DNA of 57,374 nucleotides, counting the filler, from Jimgerdemannia flammicorona (lineage: Eukaryota): the NCBI GenBank assembly GCA_003990765.1. It is 3 parts of 3 records of this genome, joined end to end, with 100 filler letters (N's around TTAATTAATTAA, not from the genome) between each part and the next. Parts side by side here need not be neighbours in the genome. Positions count along the whole stretch, not along the records: positions 38,321 to 57,374 come from RBNJ01002040.1; 2 more parts are not named here. The stretch is one strand, 5' to 3'. The notes beneath the pieces are model-generated. The model did no database searches. It was not told the DNA's origin and saw only the letters and a program-made list of their open reading frames with translations. This document shows, one piece after another, positions 51,730 through 57,374 of this stretch. The stretch's first letter is position 1; each line of letters begins with the position of its first letter. The translations under genes and the position numbers were made by a program.

Positions 51730-52162
51730 GTCTCTTGGTTACACTAAATAATGCCAGCACTGGTATTCTGATGTAATACTGAATAATGCCAGCATCCTGA
51801 ACCTGTACAACTATCAGTGCTGACTCTGGAACTTAGCAATTTTTCCTGTTCTGGCATTTTATTTTAATTATTGGAATTTATATTTAGCTTTATATCTTAG
51901 TAATGAATTATATTTTGTATAAATATCTCTCTTATTTTTTCTGAAATAAACTCAGTCCATTTAGTTCTAGTTCACTTACACACAATTCCTTACAAGCAAT
52001 CTAGAGATAACAAGATAGTTAAAAATAAGAAGTTTAAGGACTATAAGACCTTGGAAAGGTACTCTAATAAGAACTTGCTTATAACAAACTTGAGTTTGTC
52101 TAAGAGATATACCTTGAAGAGAATCTGGCATATTTGAAGGACTCAGTGATCACTACATGACA
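50625..52162 (+). repeat. 3' LTR of element 1 (1538 bp)
   Basis: Direct repeat of 43377-44929, preceded by PPT. Confidence 0.93.
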
Positions 52163-52192
52163 ATATATACTATATATAGTATAACTATATAT

Positions 52193-52937
52193 TATCATAT
52201 AGTGGACACTAAGTTCTCCAAGTATATCAGATTTTCTTCAAGGTATATCTCTTTGACCAACTATAAGTTTCTTATAAGTAAGTTCTATTGGAGTACCTTT
52301 CCAAGATCTTATAGTTCTCAAACTTCTTATCTTTAAACTGTTCTGTTATCTCTTAGATTTGTTTACTTGAAATTGAGTAGAGGACTAGAACTTCTATACT
52401 CTTGAGTGATTGAGTGTTTTGAATACTTAACTACTTAATTACTGACTTTATTTCAAAAGAAATGAGAGGGGTATTTATATAAAATATAATTCAATAGTTG
52501 CTAAGTTATAAAACTAAATATAAATTCCAATAACTAAATAAATGAGATTCTTGAATATAGAAAACTTCAGTTATAAGTATAAATTTGAGTATCTGTACAA
52601 TTGGTTATATAAGATCAGAATGCTGGAATAATTTCTGACAGTTATGTAAGATCAGAATACTAGAAGAATTTCAACAGTTATACAAAAAAACTCAGAACAG
52701 AATGTTCAGAACTCTGGAGACTTCATCTTTATTACTATCATCAAGGCTAAAGGTTAGAGATAGGATGTCTTCAAAGAAAATGAGGTTAGCAAATATTTCA
52801 TCCATTTTACACATATTATGTATTTCATATATTTCATATATATTGTCAATTAGCAAGATGGTGTCATTACTGATGACATCATTATGGATGACATCATCAT
52901 ATTCAGTGGTAGCAGAGAGAGCAAGGAGATCAGAGAC
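52193..52937 (-). mobile_element. Inverted partial LTR of an element-1 relative, cut by insertion of element 2
   Basis: Reverse complement matches 44250-44929 (FEDIL..DEVSRVLNILF*, terminus actatatgata). Confidence 0.85.
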
Positions 52938-55900
52938 TGTAAGCACACAACCTCCAAGCCACCAAAATTGCATGACATCCTCAGAACTAATTTGGAAACT
53001 ACATGTGAGACTACAAAACAAGAGATCATCTGGTTACACAAAATATACCAGCAAGCATGGGACCCACCACCAAGATACAAGAATACTAGAAGAAGTACTA
53101 CAACTATAAGACAACTCTGAACCGCTATAACTAGTTTGGTATACTGTACTATTACAAAAAGAAACCAAAAGTACCAAACTCAAATTAAGACAAGAAGAAC
53201 CCTATCTCATCTACCAAAAGGTTCACAAACTGCACTTATCAACTCAAGACCAAGATATACTGCAACTATATAAGACCTCATTACTTAGCAGAAGTAAAAT
53301 GCATTTGAACAACTCTGTTTGCTCTATCTGTGTCACCTCCATTGGAGAGTGATGGATGCTTCATCTGAACTCAAGAAAACTGACATCATCAAAACCAATC
53401 TCAAGCCATCCATGTGACAGATATTACTACTAGAAATTGCCTCGAATTACAGAAAATATCATTTCCAAGAGGTTTGAACCCCCAGCCATGACATTGGGAG
53501 CCCTCACCCTAGACAAGAATGGCCAGTCCTCACAAATGCACTAGTAGACCAAAAAAAAAGAGAACCAAGACCTATTATCCTTGTACAACCACCACCACCA
53601 AGAACAGCCTTAATCTTGCAAGAGATAGAAGTGATGACACCTTAAAACTAATAATATCAGAAGTCAGAAAACTACTCAGACTTTACCAGCAATGATGTCA
53701 TCAATAGTGATGTCATCAAAGACTACCCAGACAGTGCCTAAACCTATAAATAGCCTAGCAGTCATAGTATAGTTAGATTAGCCTTATATGATGTAACTGT
53801 AAACTGACTCAGCAGTCAGACAATCTCTTGATATGTCAGATCACACTTGTACTACATGACTGCATTCTGACTTAGTAAGGTACTTAGTGCTACATCCATA
53901 TCTAGCATAGTCCAGATAGCCCCTTACTAGTATAAATACCCCCTCTCCCAGACCTCAGAATCTCAGACTCAAATACACAAGAATATTCCCAAACACTTCC
54001 CCATAATATCTCTTCACACAACTACTACTAGCATAGAAATATCATGAATAGCAAATAAACCTATTTAATAACCCACAAACCACCCTTAAGTAAATCTGCT
54101 CTCTGTTAGGTCCCAATCCTAACCCCATTATGAAATTTCCTAATTGGGTATTGTCTGCAGTGATATGCCAATTCAACTAAGCTGGTCTTAGTTTCTTGAA
54201 CTTCCTGAAATACAGAAAATCCTGAACATCCAGAACTAGTCTGAAAAAGGACTTTGGTTGAGACATTAACCCAATCTTGAAATCAATAAGTGTAGAGGAC
54301 ATACTCTATATAAAATTGATCTTGACCATAAGAAAATAGTCTTCCAGAATATCCAGAACTCTCAGAAAACCCTCCCAGAACTATGTAACAGTTATCCTAA
54401 AAAGCAACCCTCTTACAACTTGATAGTAGCAGTTTACAATCCAATTCTGCTTCAAGACACTTCCTCACCCTGCTATAAACCCTTCTGAGAATTCCTACAA
54501 GTTGGTATAAAGCCCAACCTCTGAACTGGAATTTATCCTAAACCATCTGACAATCTGGAGAGAATTGAACCTGATGTACAAGGACAATTTGACCTCCACA
54601 CTTGCAATAAGTGGGACAAACTTCATTCAAAGAAAGAAGTACTCCAGTTAAACCAGCAAATAGGTGAAACTCTATTTACTGAACTCCTTACACTACACCC
54701 AGCAAGTCAAGATGAAGAAGGTCTTATTGAAGCCTTCTTTACTCTTCTCAATAAGAGTTTTATCAGCTCCACAAATCTGAGTGACCTAGGACAACCAGCA
54801 GCAGTCTTCCTAGCCTTAGTTCCTCATGAAGCCCAAGCCTCTGTAGCCAAGTGGCTCAACTCTACTGACTTTCACCATACCAGGACCAAGACTGCACTAT
54901 ACCACCAATTCCAGAACAGCAAGGTCTACCATATTCTTAAAGAAGAAGCAAGAGAAACTCTTCATCAACTACCTGACCCCAAATCTGAAGCAGGCCCTGC
55001 TACAGCCCTACCTGAATCTGAAACCAATACCAAACCTGAACTTGACTTTGAATTAAGTCTATCCGAAATCAGATATATAACTGATTCTGTCTACTTTGAT
55101 GCTGAGCAAACCCAATTACATGGGGACCAAACCAAAGAAGAGGAGGAGTATCTCAGTGAATTCGATCCTGGATACACTACTGAAGGAGACGCACTTCCAT
55201 CAGGACAGAATACACCTACACAGCAACAAACAGCTATCTATCAAGCCCTTACTCCAGATCTACAACTACTACTCCAGCAACTTAAACAGACCCAAAGAAC
55301 CCCACCACACTCTGTACTAGTATCTCAAGTAGTATCAGTAACACCACTACCAGCAGTCCAACTGCCTCCAGTAAACAACATGGCAAACCAACAGATTCTA
55401 GACCTCACAGCCCAGGTAGCCATAATGGTAGCAACCATTACTGCCTTAGCGGAACAGACCCAACCTACCAAAAATCTGAGCCTACCTACCTTCAATGGTA
55501 CTGCACAAGAAGTCCAAAGCATCATTAGTGTAGTTGACACCAACTTCGAAGCCAATTAATGGACTAATGAGCAAGTTGCTGACCACATTCTGACAAACAA
55601 TCAAGACTACACTCTGGAACAACTCTTTGCTACCACTACAGCCTATGTCCACCAAGTTGTTACATTCTTCCAAGGACCTACCAAAGAGTGGTGGCAAACC
55701 CTTCCTGAAAAACCCCTCACATGGGATACCTGATCTGCAGTAGTTGCTCAGAATGCAGCAAACAATGTCCCAGAATATAGAGCCCACCCTACAGCTCCTG
55801 GACTCAAACAACTCATGATTGCTCAATACTGCAGCAAAACCATGATTGCCAAATCTTGAGTAAAACTCCACAACCTCAAATTTGATGTACATGGCAAAGA

Positions 55901-57374
55901 AGAATTTGAAACCTTCTATACAAAACTCGAGTCACTCCTGAACACTGTTGGCCTAGGATACATTGCCAATAATGAAGCATGAAATGGTATAAGAGCAGAC
56001 CATTTATTCGATACACTGCCAGAATGGCTTACTAGAAAAATCCAAGAACAAGGCCACCCAGTTGGTTGTGATCACCAACAATGGTGCCTGGCAAGAATCA
56101 AGACTATGATCAAGCAAATCCTAACAGCTGGACCAATTCTGCCCTGAAGACAATTCAACAACAAGGAAAAGACTTGGACCAAGAAAGAAGAACCCAAGCA
56201 TGAAGCATCCCAAGCTCCCTCCACATCCACCTCTTGGACACTCAGAAATCATGAACTCACCCAACCAAGTACCTTCAAGAAACTCACTGAAGGCGAAAGG
56301 AATGAACTTTGAAGAAGTGGAGCATGCTTCTATTGCCGAAAGACAGGACAAATGGCCAGTGCCTGCCCTAACCAAAAACCCCAAACAGCAATATGAGTAA
56401 CTGTTACCACTCTGCACCACCTCAACAACCTGACCACCAGAACACTAGACTTTGTCAAGTTAAGACAAACTGCTAAGACCCCAATCAAAGGAAGTCAAAA
56501 AGCAGCTGGATATGACCTATATGCAGCTGAAGAAGCTACAGTTTCCAACTGAGAAGTCAAACAAGTCTACACAAGAATCAGCATCCAAATCTCTGAAGGA
56601 CATATTGGAAGAATATGCTATTGCAGCAGCCTAGTATTTAAAGAACTCTCAGTAGAAGGAGGAGTTATCGATAAAGATTACACAGGCGAAATCATTGTCC
56701 TCATTCGAAACCACAGTTGGACACTCTTCAAGATCTCTATAGGTTTCTGCATTGCCCAGATTCTATTTGAAAAAATCGAGTCAACCCTGACAGTCAAGGA
56801 AGTCCCTGAACTACTGCCCACCATCTGAGGATCCAAAGGATTTGGCTCATCGAACAAGGCCCCAGCCCAACCTACCATGAGCAAAGAAGAACAATTCTAC
56901 AAGAAGATCAAAGACAGATATATACCAAGTGGCCAATGCCCTCATGGCATTGAAATGTACTCTTCCCAAATGATTGATGATTGCTTCTCTTGTGTCAATG
57001 AACTAGCTCAAAGAAGAACCAATAGAAGGAAAGCTCCTACAACTGAAATCACCACCATTGGATCAGACAAACTGCTCACACTTAAGGCTTTTGTCAACCG
57101 AGCACCTGTCAAGATTATGATAGACAGTGATGTCTCAGGCAACTTCATCAGTAAAGAAACAGCCAACAGACTTAAGGTCTTCACCTCTCCAGTACAGCAA
57201 ACTCAAGCAGTTGCTACAGCTGATGGAACCTCACATGTTATTAGCAAAGAAGTATGCAATCTACCCTTCTGAATTGGTGACTACTGAGTACATGTTACTC
57301 TCCAAATCATACCACTTCCTGACAATGAAATCATCCTTGGGACTCTATGGTTAAAACAAGAGAACCCCATGATC
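52938..57374 (+). mobile_element. Decayed Ty3/gypsy-like element 2 (5' part): LTR 52938-54417, long gag frame, zinc knuckle, dUTPase, CHCC module, protease
   Basis: LTR termini TGTAAG..CTTACA. PBS-like tgatagtagcag (decayed TGGTAGC.., iMet-type). CFYCRKTGQMASAC knuckle; protease VKIMIDSDVSGNFIS..EIILGTLWL. Confidence 0.88.
56448..56852 (+). pseudogene. dut: dUTPase domain between gag and protease in element 2
   Basis: GSQKAAGYDLYAAE..HIGRI..SSL..VEGGVIDKDYTGEIIVL..IAQILFE..GSKGFGSS. Confidence 0.92.

Larger units (their letters stand above)
43377..52162 (+). mobile_element. Full-length decayed Ty3/gypsy LTR retrotransposon (element 1): gag-PR-CHCC-dUTPase-RT-RH, IN, ORF3
   Basis: LTRs 43377-44929 and 50625-52162 (TATAA..TGACA, decayed TG..CA). 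PBS-like ttagtgccc after 44929; PPT aggaggaaga 50615-50624; atat(at) on both flanks. Zinc knuckle CFRCGEEGHYVKNC, protease IIDTSAG, RT LCIDYRKLN..LDLFSGFHQI..YVDN, RH ..DALSR, IN H..C..C and TDHGTEF. Confidence 0.95.

Overview
Intron-rich fungal genomic DNA. The gene set, a minor-spliceosome intron and CpG-depleted repeats suggest Mucoromycota (inference). Three contigs are joined by artificial 44N-TTAATTAATTAA-44N linkers (19062-19161, 38221-38320), so adjacency across them is not evidence of linkage. Contig 1 holds a >1200-aa ricin-B lectin / low-complexity / KH-like / macrodomain / WWE-WWE gene (PARP14-like layout, running off the left edge). It is divergent from an intact-frame USP7/Ubp15 paralog that has lost both catalytic Cys and His and UBL3-5. 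Nested decayed LTR and L1/Tx1-like LINE sequence follows. Contig 2 holds mostly housekeeping genes: RFX with a U12 AT-AC intron, an alpha/beta-hydrolase pseudogene, a CS-Sel1 tail-anchored protein, an Arp9-like gene, COX15, a DUF4807-like gene and partial FIG4. Contig 3 holds a 26-bp minisatellite, a MATH-BTB pseudogene broken by an 8-bp duplication, a truncated LINE, and two decayed Ty3/gypsy-like elements. Both carry dUTPase plus a shared CPHG..CxxC module at different positions, and both have ~1.5-kb LTRs with protein-coding U3 regions. Repeats show heavy C->T decay at CpG and CpA. Exon structures were derived by eye.
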